Positions 21,693 through 34,182 of a stretch of 64,000 nucleotides of DNA are shown here, in pieces; within the stretch, counting starts at the first letter, position 1, and every line of letters begins with the position of its first letter. The stretch covers positions 248,001 to 312,000 of the forward strand of contig OZ251247.1 in assembly GCA_965240325.2 (NCBI GenBank), given 5' to 3'. The notes below the pieces were generated by a model that saw only the letters and a list, made by a program, of their open reading frames with translations, did not search any database and was not told where the DNA came from. Source of the DNA: Rebecca billardiae RCC1528 (taxonomy: Eukaryota > Protista > Haptophyta). A program made the translations under genes and the position numbers.

Positions 21693-22551
21693 GGGCGCGG
21701 GCGGCGGCGCGGCCTGCGACACCGCGGGCGGCGGCGGTGCCGGCGGTGCCATCGGCGGCGGCCGCGGCGGCGGCGGCCCGGGCAGCCACGCCGCGGGCCG
21801 CGCCGTGTCCTCCGTGTTTGGCGGCCGGGGCGCCCATCGCGCGAGCCACGGCGGCGCGGGCGGCGGCGCCGCCGCCCCGGCCGCGGCCGTCGGCGGCGGC
21901 TCGGTGCGCGGTGCAGTGCTCACGCCTCGGCGCGTGCTCGGCAGTGTCGCGCACTCGCGCGTGGCGCGCGCCGTCGCGGGCTCGTCTGTGTCGCTGCTGA
22001 TTGACGAGGCGGGGCGCGTGCACGCGTTCGGCCCGCGCGACGAGACGGCGCTGAGCCGCGCGACGGCGTGCGCGCAGCCCGCCGCGCCCTCGCCGAGCGG
22101 CGCGGCGCACGGCCTCGCGCCGATGCGCATGGCGCCGGGCGTCGCGTTCAGTGCGACAGACGCCGCGGTGGGCTGGGTGCACGCCGTCGTCGCTGGACGC
22201 GCCGCGCCCGAGCCGCCGCAGCCGGCGGCGCACGCGCACGCGCACGCGCCGGGCCAGGCGAGCGCGTGCGCGCTCGCCGCCGCGGAGTGGGCCGCCCTGC
22301 ACGCCGGCCCACACGGCGGCGGCGGCGGCGGCCATGCTGGCGGCGGCCATGCTGGCGGTGTTCTCTTCAGCTGGGGTGTCGCCTCCGGCGCGCTCGGCCA
22401 CGGCGAGCCGATGCGCAGCTCGCGCGCGACGGTCGGCTGGCGGCCGCGCGAGGACGGCGCGCTGCGGCCGCGGCCGCCGTGCGCCGTGCTCGGCGCGCCG
22501 CCCGTGCGGCTCTCGGCGGCGGGGCCGCCCAGCCCGCGCGCGGGGACGTAG
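19654..22551 (+). CDS. Long F-box/RCC1-repeat protein with Gln/Gly/Pro-rich insertions, copy A
   Basis: LGALPPELLARVF F-box; RERIAARGH linker homologous to the short family; RCC1 repeats (YACGENALGQLGLG, YSWGGGGSGQLGHG). ATG 19654 aligns with the start of copy B. Confidence 0.85.
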
Positions 22552-25500
22552 CGGCTCACCGCGGATCCTGCACCCGGATCGCTCCCGGATCGTGTTCTGA
22601 TATCAGAGTTTCAAGCTGCGCACGCAAAACGCGAGTCGGTTCAGTCGGTCGTTAAGTCACTGCTATAAATAGAATGAGTACAGCAGTAGTTATATTTACT
22701 ACTAGATATATATATATATAGTAAATATATATATTGGCCCGCGGTGCAGGGCGGAGCGCGCAGCGTGGAGCCCGCACCAGCGGGCCCGAACAACGTTTCA
22801 AAAAGATCTTTGATCAAGAAAAAAGGGACGGGGGACGATTTTCATGGCTGGAGGAGACCGAGTTTCGAATTTTGAGACCCTCTCTAACATGCATCACGGC
22901 CGAAAAAGGTCGCGCCCACGGCAAGTTCATAGTAAAGCGTGGAGTGACGCCCGTCCTGAAAAAACTTCACGCCCTTTAGGATCCCTAACGTAACGAACCG
23001 TTACACGCGATTTTTCCGGCGGCCAATGAGATTGCAGCAAGGTCCAAGGAGCGATGACGTATCTAGATGGAGATTGCCGCGAACCGATGTGACCATGTAC
23101 GTCCCTTGAATCAGTTGAATCAACTATTCAATCGCGCCGTGTCTGTATCAGGAGCCGACGAGGCAAGGGTCAGTAGCCGATGGGCCAACCTCGGCGAATC
23201 TCAATACTATCTGACACGAGTGGAGCCGGCTGCCCCAGCAAAGCCAAACCTTGGTTGCCGCGGCTGCGGCGAGACTCACTGGCTCCGCGAGAGGGGGCGA
23301 GCTCGTGCGGCCGCTCCGAGCTCGTGCGGCTCGGAGCGACCGACGGGTGAGGACGGCGATGGGCACTCGTGCGCCGGCGGCGAGTTGCGCCTGGAGCGCG
23401 CGGCTGCGGCGGGTCCCGACTGCCGTCGACATCGCGTTCGTGCCCCCGCTCACTCCGCGCGCCCCCGCCGCCCCGTGTCGATGCCTGCGCGCGGCCGCGC
23501 GCCGGTCGGCGCCGGATGCCTGCGCGCGGCCGCGCGCCGGTCGGCGCCGGGGCGCCCCGCGGCCGCGCCGCGGCAGCCGCCCTGTATTCGGGCTCTCGCA
23601 AGCTCGGGGGCAGCGGCGCCTGATGCCGGACTGTTGAGCTGACGAGGCCAGGGGCGCGCATCTCAGCAGATGGCGTCGCCGGCGGTGAGTCAGGGCCGGT
23701 GCTGCAGCAGGCAGACCGGCGGCGCAGCTGCTGCAGAGCAGCAGTGCGGATGAACTGGCACAGTCTGGGGCACGCATCTCAGCAGATGGCGTTGCCGCTG
23801 GGGTGTCAGGGCTGGCGCCGCATCAGGCGGGCCGGCGGCAGCAGCTGCTGCGGAGCAGTGGCTGGCAGCGCGCGCGTCCAGGACGCGCGCGGCAGCAGAC
23901 GCGCGAGCGCGGAGCAGCGCGGGCGCAGCGGCGCGGGCGCGGAGCAGCGCGGGCGCAGCGGCGCGGGAGCGCGGAGCAGCGCGGAGCAGCGCGGAGCAGC
24001 GCGGAGCAGCGCGGGCGTCATGCTGGTACACTGGATTTGTCCAAGGAAAGCAGGTGAGCAGCACCGGACATGGACGAGAAGCAGTGGTACAAAGTTGAGC
24101 GGCAACAGGACGGACGGTGCGATCGCCGATTGGCTGATCGCGGCAAAATCTGGGTAAGTCGGCACGGCGATGATACTACCGCCCCGAGCCCAGGAGCGAT
24201 CGGAGCTCGATCGCTGTTTTGGCCCGGCGCAAGAGCGCCGGAAATAAGGGCCAGGTTCAGAGGCTTGAGAGCTGATGAGATCGCGAGGCATGTGATCCTC
24301 GCGGTGGCGTCCGTCCTGTCGTGCGCGGTGAGCTTTTAGCAGGGCTCGAGACGCTCGGAGCTTGCGGTAATCCCAATATGCGCGCAGCAACCCCAGGGAG
24401 GGCGTTGTCCGCACTGTCCTTTCTCATCGATTGGGCTGATGGGCACGAGCGGCCGCGGTTGCAGGATGGGCGGAACGAGGAACTCTGGCGTCGCATGGAA
24501 TGCAGCAGAGGTTCCTGGCCGAGAGCGCGGGCAAACTGGCGACGCTCTCGATGGGGCATGGCGCTACGATGCCAGGGATCATCGGCATCATCTTCGCGCA
24601 TGGCCCGGACGCGGAACTCGCGTCGATTGGGAGGAACAGTACCTGTCGGTGATGAGCCCGACACGACAGCCTCCCGGAAGCTCACGATTGGATCTGAGCG
24701 GATGCAGCTGGTGCAGGAGAACTACTGCGTGCAGCGGCGGATGACTGAGCAGCGCTACTGGCACGATCGGCGCGAGCACGCACCCCGAGCGCCGGGTGGC
24801 TGCACGGCAGCTGACGGCGGCGACGGCGGGCTCGGCGATCTACTCGGAGGGGCTGGCTCATCAACCTGTCCGGTGGTCTAGGGCACCGGATGGCGGCTGG
24901 CAGCTGGACTGGGTTTTGCGGTCCGGCTGGCACGGCTGGCACGACCGGACTGGACACAGGTCCGGCGGTTGGCACACCCGGATCTATCGGAATCGTCCGG
25001 GTGGAATCTGGCGACACGAGCGCCGTTACGGCGGCGGGCAGTGCTTGGCACTGGTCCTACGCCGGCAGCTGACGCGAGGCGCAGCTGGCAGTGCCACCGA
25101 GATGGCGGCGCTGGCGCGACTGTTGAGTCGCGGGAATCGCGCGCGCGCGAGGCGCGAGCGCGGGACCATGACGGGGCGGCGCAGCGGTGCCGAGACTACG
25201 TCTGCAGCTGACGCGAGGCGCAGCTGGCAGTGCCGCCGAGACGGCGGCGCTGGCGCGATCTTTGAGTCGCGGTATCCGCGCGCGCGCAAGGCGCGAGTGC
25301 GGGGTGACGGCGGGGCAGTGCATGGCACTCGGCCCACGCCGGGAGGTTCAGCTCGATTCCATGCTGCGGGCCGAGATCATTCGGCGGCAGGTGGGGACCC
25401 GACGCTGAGGCGTCGGAAGCACACGCACGGCGCAGGACGCCGGTGCGGCGTGTGTGCGCGCAGCAGCGCGCGGCAGTGGCTCGGCGGCGCTGGGCGCACC

Positions 25501-26978
25501 GAACCAGGTGGTCGTACGCCCGGTGGTGGCGGCGGCACCCACACGTCCACGCACGAAGCTCATCGCCTGGCTCAGGCGGCGGTGGCGACGGCGGGGATCG
25601 TGGCGGCGGCCAAGACGGCGGAGAGATACCGACTGGCTGCGAGGGCGGAGGAGGCAGCGGCGGCGGCGATCAGCGCGCGCCGCGCGCGGAGCAGCTCCGT
25701 GGCTTCAACGTACTCTGGTACGTATGTCGTGTAGACGACGGACGTCTCTTCACTTGCGTGACGTACGCATCGACGAGACCGACCTGGTCGAGGGGGGGCA
25801 CTCGTCGCTGGGCGCACCTGACGGTGGCGCGTACGTGGGTGATGGTGACGGCGCCGCGGTAAGCGGCGGACATCGTCCGGTCGGCGGTGACGCCGACGGT
25901 GAGGACGAGGACGGCGACGGCGGCGAGCAGCCAGCCGACGCCGGGAATGACGACGCGACAGAGTTCGACGTCGGGTACGACGACGACGCAGATGCGTCAA
26001 CGTCGGGGCGCGGGCGCAGCAGCGTGGACGCGGGACAGCGCGGGTGCAGCAGCGCGGGCGCGGATGACGGCGACGGCGGCGAGCAGCCAGCCGACGCCGG
26101 GAATGACGACGCGACAGAGTTCGACGTCGGGTACGACGACGACGCAGATGCGTCAACGTCGGGGCGCGGGCGCAGCAGCGTGGACGCGGGACAGCGCGGG
26201 TGCAGCAGCGCGGGCGCACAGCCGTCGACGCCGACGCCGCAGGGCGGGCGTGGCGGGACAGGCGCGTCGATGACGCAGCCGGGTCGGCAGGGTCAGATAC
26301 CGCCGGCGGAATCACGGCGCGGGGCCGCAGCAGATGCTGGCGGGCCGCCGCGCGGCGCAGGACGATGACGGCGACGGCGGCGAGCCGCCGGCCGACGCCG
26401 GTGACGACGACGCGACGGAGTTCGACGTCAGGAACGACGGCGACGCAGATGCGTCGGCGTCGGCGCGCGAGCGCGGCAGCGCGGACGCGGAACAGCGCGC
26501 GGGCGCGGCAGCGCGGGCGCGGAACAGCGCGCGGGCGCAGCAGCGCGGGCGCGGAACAGCGCGCGAGCGCAGCAGCGCGGGCGGGGAGCGCGCAGGCGCG
26601 GCAGCGCAGGCGCGGAACAGCGCACGGGCGCGGCAGCGCAGGCGCGGAACAGCGCGCGGGCGCAGCAGCGCGTGCGCACAGCCGTCGACGCCGACGCCGC
26701 AGGGCGGGCGTGGCGGAGCAGGCGCGTCAGTGACACAGCCTGGGTCGGCAGGGTCGGATCCCGCCGACGGAATACCGGCGCGGGGCCGCAGCAGATGCTG
26801 GCGGGCCGCCGCGTAGCACAGGTGCGCGGGCGCAGCAGCGCGGGCGCGGGTCAGCGCGGGCGCAGCAGCGCGGGCGCACAGGCGCACAGCCGCCGATGCC
26901 GCAGGCCGGCGATCGGGGCGGTGCGGGCGCGCCATGGGCGCAGTCGCACTGGTGGTATGAGATACCACCGGCGCAACT

Positions 26979-27420
26979 TTGGCGCGGGACCGCCGCGCAG
27001 ATGCGGGCGGGTTGCCGCGGGTCGCAGAGGCGATCGATGGCGGGCTCGAGCGATTCGGCACGAACGCGAGCACGCGGATACGGCTGCCAGAGGCAGCGGC
27101 GCGCGCGAGGCTGACCGACGCGGACAAGGCGTTGGTCCAGCGCGCGGAGATTGACGAGCTCGACGACTTGCTCACTTTGGGTGACTCTGTTTGGTCTAAC
27201 AACCCAGGGGAATCCGGGTGGAGGTCGACGGGTGGCTGCATCATTGTCTTCTACAATGGATCGCCGGTGTCGTGGCACAGCAGCGGGCTGCAGGTTATGG
27301 CCCAGCTGAGCTCGACGGAGGCGGAGTACGTGGCGTGAGGTCAATGTACCACGCCGACATCATGACGAAGGCGACGGACGACGCTGCTACGTTTGAGTGG
27401 CTCGTCGACGCCATCATGGT
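26979..27420 (+). pseudogene. Copia pol remnant (RT start fused to RNase H)
   Basis: QRAEIDELDDLL joined directly to GDSVW...RSTGG...SSTEAEYVA*; the RT core is missing. Confidence 0.8.
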
Positions 27421-27826
27421 GTGCGACACCCGACGCGCGCGCGATGAGCGGTGCTACTCGCTCGCGGCTATGGCTGTCGAGGGGGGGTGTTGAGCTGACG
27501 AGGCCAGGGGCGCGCATCTCAGCAGATGGCGTCGCCGGCGGTGAGTCAGGGCCGGTGCTGCAGCAGGCAGACCGGCGGCGCAGCTGCTGCAGAGCAGCAG
27601 TGCGGATGAACTGGCACAGTCTGGGGCACGCATCTCAGCAGATGGCGTTGCCGCTGGGGTGTCAGGGCTGGCGCCGCATCAGGCGGGCCGGCGGCAGCAG
27701 CTGCTGCGGAGCAGTGGCTGGCAGCGCGCGCGTCCAGGACGCGCGCGGCAGCAGACGCGCGAGCGCGGAGCAGCGCGGGCGCAGCGGCGCGGGCGCGGAG
27801 CAGCGCGGGCGCAGCGGCGCGGGAGC

Positions 27827-28135
27827 GCGGAGCAGCGCGGGGCGCGCGGAGCAGCGCGGAGCGCGCGGAGCAGCGCGGAGCAGCGCGGAGCAGCGCGGAG
27901 CAGCGCGGAGCGCGCGGAGCAGCGCGGAGCAGCGCGGAGCAGCGCGGAGCAGCGCGGAGCAGCGCGGAGCAGCGCGGAGCAGCGCGGAGCAGCGCGGAGC
28001 AGCGCGGAGCAGCGCGGAGCAGCGCGGAGCAGCGCGGAGCAGCGCGGAGCAGCGCGGAGCAGCGCGGAGCAGCGCGGAGCAGCGCGGAGCAGCGCGGAGC
28101 AGCGCGGAGCAGCGCGGAGCAGCGCGGAGCAGCGC
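27827..28135. repeat. 10-bp minisatellite (GCGGAGCAGC)n in 3' LTR
   Basis: About 30 copies, versus about 4 at 23971-24010 in the 5' LTR. Confidence 0.95.
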
Positions 28136-29447
28136 GGGCGTCATGCTGGTACACTGGATTTGTCCAAGGAAAGCAGGTGAGCAGCACCGGACATGGACGA
28201 GAAGCAGTGGTACAAAGTTGAGCGGCAACAGGACGGACGGTGCGATCGCCGATTGGCTGATCGCGGCAAAATCTGGGTAAGTCGGCACGGCGATGATACT
28301 ACCGCCCCGAGCCCAGGAGCGATCGGAGCTCGATCGCTGTTTTGGCCCGGCGCAAGAGCGCCGGAAATAAGGGCCAGGTTCAGAGGCTTGAGAGCTGATG
28401 AGATCGCGAGGCATGTGATCCTCGCGGTGGCGTCCGTCCTGTCGTGCGCGGTGAGCTTTTAGCAGGGCTCGAGACGCTCGGAGCTTGCGGTAATCCCAAT
28501 ACGGACTGATCGATCTCTGAGTCTTCGACTTCACCACGCGCCGCCCTTGCCATGCCTTTCCGGGGAGCGCCGACGATCCGAGTCCATCGTCGACGGTCGA
28601 CTCTGAGCGAGGGCTACGCCTCGGAACTGAACGGTACTCTACGAGGAGGACGAGCTGCGCGGGCGACGGTGGTGCGTGACGTCCCCAGAGCTGGCTGTGC
28701 CTCTGCAACGCGTGCCGAGCCTGATCGAGGTGTGTCAGCCCGTGCACGCGCGGCGTGCGCGAACGATCCGTGACTGGTGCCCAGTCGCACCTCCGACCTC
28801 GGCACCGTGCTCCCTCGGGCTGTCAGCTCCGCGTGGCCTGGCGTGCACGTCGAGTTGCGCTCATGCGTCGATCACGCCTCGCGCCCGCCTGTCGGCCGTC
28901 GCGCAGGCGCTGGTCGAACCCTACTCGGACCAGTGCAAATCATCTAACTATCCTGGCGCTCGGCCGGTGCGCGGTGACCCGCGGCGGGACAGCGGTCAGT
29001 CAGCAGCAGCGGCCCGAACGAATCCGCGGCCCCGCACCGTGCTCCCTGGCTGTCAGCTTCGCGTGGCCTGGCGTGCACGTGGAGTCGCGCTCATGCGTCG
29101 ATCACGCCTCGTCGCATCCGCCTGTACACAATCGGCGCCGCGCCGGCGGCTGCGAAGTGCGCCGATGGGCCCGCGCCCCGGGCGCGGCGGGCGGCGGCGC
29201 GCCGCTGGAGTCTAGTTGTACGGGCATGCAACTCCGGGTCTGTCAATAGACGACTGCGATGGAGGGTGCACCGCCACCGCGGGCCCTGAACTACGTTCGT
29301 TCTACGGAAAAGGACCGCGGAACGCGGTCAATATATACTATACGCTAAAAATAAGAGACGCACACTGACACTGTCTGTCTGTCACTGAGTCCGGGACACA
29401 GTCAGAGTCAGTGAGTGAGTGAGTCAGCATGACACAGCTCAACCGCT

Positions 29448-31171
29448 TAGGGGGGCCAAAGTGGCACTGTGACGTGACTGACGGCTACGAGCGCTGGTCC
29501 TAGCGAGTGTTTAGCGCTGATTTCGGGCTGGATCATTTGCCCTCTGGAGGGGTCTGGGCCAGCCAAGTAAAAATATCAGGTGCACATACCCTGAATATAG
29601 GGCGTAACGGCTAGCATATTTACTTATTAGAATGAGCCTGAACTTATTGGAAACGGCATGTAACGGCCGTCTTGTATGTGACATATAGACCATGTCGACC
29701 TCACTTTGATAGAGCATCTCAGCGAGATTGTTCTGAGTCCCCAGCAGCAGCAGGTCCCCGAACATGCGATATAGGCTGTGTACTGGCAGGCTGTCAAACA
29801 CGTAGTTTCCCGGAAGCCACTGGTCGTTACATACCCACCGTCGTGTATATAGCCGCCATGCTGATGAATACAGTCTCGTCGGATCTCGAGCTGCGAGATA
29901 CGTTTTCAGACTGTGTATACGGCCACGCGTACGGCGTATTGCAGACATGATGGACTCAAAGCACCGGCCCCATGTCCTCAGCCCGGGAGTACTGTCGGTC
30001 ATAGTCAATAAGGTTTAAAGTCACTCGAGCCAACCGTCACCGCTCCCTGGCCGAGACCTACGAGGCAGGTCAAATCTGTCGTCGTCGCAGTGCGGCACAG
30101 TGCAGAGCATGCGATTCGGCAGCAAACGCCTGCTCCAGGTGGTGGCTGGCGTCTCTGCACCAAACCAGGCTGCATAGGATCGGTCCATATAGGTACGCCC
30201 TACCCTGTTCCGCGCTATTTCTGGGCTTTGGGGCGGATATTCGGCCTACAGAGGCTGATCCGGCGCTGTTTGGTGCTCCTGGCTGGCTGCGCGGGGCCCA
30301 ACGGCAAGCGCCGGCGTGTGCAAGGTGTCAAGATTGCGACGGTCTCTGACGCTCCCGCCGGTCTTGGGCGCACCAGGGTGCATGGGGGCCCATCTGCATC
30401 TGCTTCTGCAGGCATGCGCGTCACAGGGGCGCGCTTGCAGGCACGGTCGAGTGCACGTCGGACCTGTCGAATGAGCCATCCGCTGCCTGCGAGCACGTCC
30501 GCGACGTCCTGAGAGGCGAATGGGAGGCGCCCCGACGCCATCTGGGGGCACGTGTGACCCATACCCAACGTGCTGACCATCGCAAGTGCCACGGCAGGTG
30601 CAAACACGGGCCCTACGAGCGGAACATGACAGTTGCGGGCTCCGTGGAGGTGTTGTGCGCGAGCTCGCGCCGGTCTGCTGACGGCGATTCCGGCCCAGCA
30701 GGGCAGGTTAGGCGAGCTGGGCATCCACGGATACACACAAACACTTGGGGCGAGTATCGATCTCGCCGGGGCGAGTTGATCTTGAGCCACAAGGAGCGGT
30801 AGCGTGACGGGCGTACGCAGCGCGACAATGCAATCCGGCCGACGCGCGCCGCGCACGGCGCGAGGTGGCCAAGAACCGGGTGGTGAGCCGCTGGTGGCGC
30901 AAAAGCAAGGGTCAGAAGCGCCCACCAGCGTCACGCGCGCGCGCGCCCGAGACCATCTCGGCGTCTCATGGGACGCGAGCGCGCGGCGGTCCAATGCCTC
31001 CGGCCGCTCGTGCTCGAGCGAAACCGAGCTCTGAGCGCCCGAAGGCGTCGGAGCTCGATTTCGAGCGAGGTCCGAGAAAAAGGCTCCGCGCCACCCCAAA
31101 AGGCCGAGGGTGGAGCGAAAATGCGCCGCGGCTTTGATTTTCTTTTTCAAATGGGCGGTTTGGCCCCCCTA
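29448..31171 (-). mobile_element. 1.72-kb non-autonomous TIR element (TAGGGGGGCCAAA family), copy 1
   Basis: 13-bp TIR, 7-bp TSD AACCGCT; reverse-complement homologue of 48386-50103 and 56139-57864. Confidence 0.92.
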
Positions 31172-32984
31172 AACCGCTCCTCGACGCGCCGCGCGCCGTC
31201 AAGGTCAAGGAACGCCACGGGCGCGCAAGGCGGCGGCGCCTGGCACCGACCGCTCACGCTGTCACCGACCCACGCCAGTCCCTGCTGCCCCGCTCCACGA
31301 GGACCGAGACTCGCCCCCGGGTCTGCGACGACTAAGCTAGTCGGGACCGGACGAGGAGCTGTCGGCCGCGAGGCAGCGGACAGAAGCGCACCCTGCCCCT
31401 GGTCCTGGACGACGCCGCAGCGCCAGCCGCCGCCAGCCAGCCAGCTGGCTCGAGCGGCAGGCGCGTACGCGACCGCCCGGGGAGCACGGGGCAGGCTCGA
31501 CCAGCCGGCTACCAGGGGCTGAGACTGCCAGCTGACATCCGGACCTGCGCCATCGCCCTCGCTCGGGGCACAGCAGGGCCGCATGCGAGCCGCGCAGCGC
31601 AGGTGGATCGCGCTCCTAAGCAGCTCAAAGTCAAGGCCGCGCTCAAGCAATCCGATCGCAGGGTGCAGGCTATGCTCTGCTGCTCACCACCAACGCCGAC
31701 TTCGTGTCGACGATCGTCGATCGGGCACTGCCGCCGACGAATCAGGATACCCGCGTCGTCCTACCGGTGTATCATAGTCGTTAATGCGGGTCGTAGCTTT
31801 CCAAAACGATATGACGAAAACCGCGCGCGATGATGACGGACGGCGGTGCGCCCTCCTGACCGACCCGGCGCTGCCTCGCCGCTGCCTTCGAGGCATGGGG
31901 CGGGCTGGTGCACGCTCTGAGGGGCGACGATGAGGGTGAAATGTATCGTCTGGCCGTACGGTGCGGCCGTGCTTCCGCCAGCTGCCGTGGCGCGCTCTTG
32001 CAGCCGGCCGCGGCAGCTGTTTGCGAGATCTCTCGGCGACGGATGCGGGGCCGCGCCGGTGGGCACATTCGCGAGAGCGTGAGCGGTGGGTGCCAGTGGA
32101 TTGCTCGGACGGGCATTCGTGGATCGGGACGCCACGTCCCGTCCAGTCCAAGCACCTGGGCTCGACACTGCCCCGGCAGGAGCTGCACTTGGCGCAGCTG
32201 GTGCAAGGCCAGTTCGCAAGCTTTGTATTCAACAGTGAGGGGCCCAAAGGCGGTGGGTGCGGAAGCCTGTCGACGTGCGCGTCTGTCCCGATCAGGTATG
32301 ATATGTGAGTCACAACGCGATGGCGCCTTGCTGCTGGCACGGCGCTGACATGGGCGTGTTGAGACTGCCGACACGAGCGAACAAGCTGAAGCTAGGCGTG
32401 CATGCGCGGCCTGAGGTCCATTAGCAGCACGTGGTCCGATGCTCAACCCGGCAGCACTGCCTGGTCGGGAGCCCGAGCGGGACGTGGCGGCGCCGTGGGG
32501 GCACGCGTCACTGGTACAAAACTGCTGCACACAGCGTAGGCTGTGCTCAGCCGGGCGCGAGTCAGACATGGCTCGCCGACGCTGGCGGCGGTGCGCCCCG
32601 CAATTAAGCACAGTCAGGTCAACTGCAAGCATCATGGGCTGCGTGGAAGACGGCACGCTTGGGAGTGCATATGCCTGGCCGGGAAGTCGGGCGCTGTTGA
32701 CGCCACGCGGTGGTGCTTGGGTAGTGTGACACGTGACGCGGCAATAAGCGGCGAGGCCAAGCAGTTCACGGGCCGCACGAGCGGCACAGGCACTGTGCTA
32801 GCGGCTGCCATGAAGACTCACGGCTCAGTCAGCTGGCGCTAGCCCTGCCGTAGCAGCAGCCGATCATCGTTTCAACTATTGGGCAGCGCTCGTACCCGCG
32901 TGCTGCTCTCAGAGCTGCGAGGTGGAGTCGTATACCTCGTGGCGGCGAGTCCGTTACCAAGATTCAGTCGCAGCGTCTGGACGC

Positions 32985-33168
<184 letters not shown>

Positions 33169-33877
33169 CGGAGATCAACCACACGCAGCGGGTCCGGGAT
33201 AGGCACTGGCACCCTCTTTCTCCAGCCGGCCGCCGGCTGCATCGCCTCGGGGGGCGATGCAGCAGGTGGACGCCGCTGCACCCATCTGGCCCTTGGCGCT
33301 GGCCTCCTCCGTGCCCTTCGCTCCACCCTAGGTGGGGCAGGGGGTGCGGGGTGTGACGCGCCCAGGGGCCAGGTTCCCCAGCATCAAGCACTGCATCTGC
33401 AGCAGCCCGCCGGCGGGCTGGGCTGCGACATCGACTACCACCTCATCTGCTTCATCACCCAGAGCGCGCTAGGCGGCGCGCTCACTCTCCAAGCCCCTCT
33501 TCTGCAGCTGCGCGCCGCTTGGCCGGCGCGCGGCGACGCGTACTACGACCTCATCCTCATCCAGGCGCCCACGCGGGCGCACGGGGGCGACAGCCGCGGC
33601 TGCCGCTTGCCGGAGCTGCTCGCCGCTAGGTCGGCGGGCGGCGACATCGACTACGACCTCACCCTCATCCAAGTGCTCCGGAAGGCGCTCGGCCGCGGCG
33701 GCATCTGCCGTCGCCGCCGCGTGCCCCAGGCCGAGGCGGTGCTCCATCCCGGCCCCGCTCCCGTAGGGGGGCAGGGCTGCGGGTGGCGCACTGTCTGACC
33801 TGGCCGGAAGGCGGGGACGCATTCTATGTGTCTGTTGCACTCTGAGCCTGACGCTTGTCCGATGCTGCCACGTCGGT

Positions 33878-33959
33878 AAATATATATTATATATATATAT
33901 AATACATTATATAATATATATAATATAATATATATATTATATATATATTATATATATAT

Positions 33960-33990
<31 letters not shown>

Positions 33991-34034
33991 ATATATATAA
34001 TATATATATATATATATATGTGTATGTATATATG
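33878..34034. repeat. Degenerate (TA)n tract
   Basis: Nearly pure A/T alternating tract. Confidence 0.95.
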
Positions 34035-34182
34035 CAATTATTATTTGCTGCCACGCTAGCACGCTACAGTATCGCTGATACCGACCCAGCAGAATAACGG
34101 CACAGTAGACGTTGAGCTGGTCGATCTGACTGGCCACTCGCCAGCCCCAGCAGCGCAGCCGTGCGCTCGGGGCCCACTCCGT

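Larger units (their letters stand above)
23632..28501 (+). mobile_element. Internally deleted Ty1/Copia LTR retrotransposon
   Basis: LTRs 23632-24378 and 27488-28501, 5-bp TSD CGGAC, PPT GAGGGGGGG before the 3' LTR. RNase H remnant RSTGG...SPVSWHS...LSSTEAEYVA and ADIMTKA; integrase-tail remnant LRDVRIDET. Confidence 0.93.
22734..29332. mobile_element. Helentron/DINE-like non-autonomous element in TA-rich site (host of the Copia insertion)
   Basis: 5' GGCCCGCGGTG with a nearby inverted copy (about 22776-22786). The same motif recurs subterminally (CACCGCGGGCC, 29275-29285), followed by a 3' hairpin GACCGCG-GAA-CGCGGTC. (TA)n on both flanks. Confidence 0.55.

Noticed and set aside
24272-24310. 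Hammerhead ribozyme (CTGATGA followed by a stem) in the LTR
   Set aside because: No GAAA core after the stem
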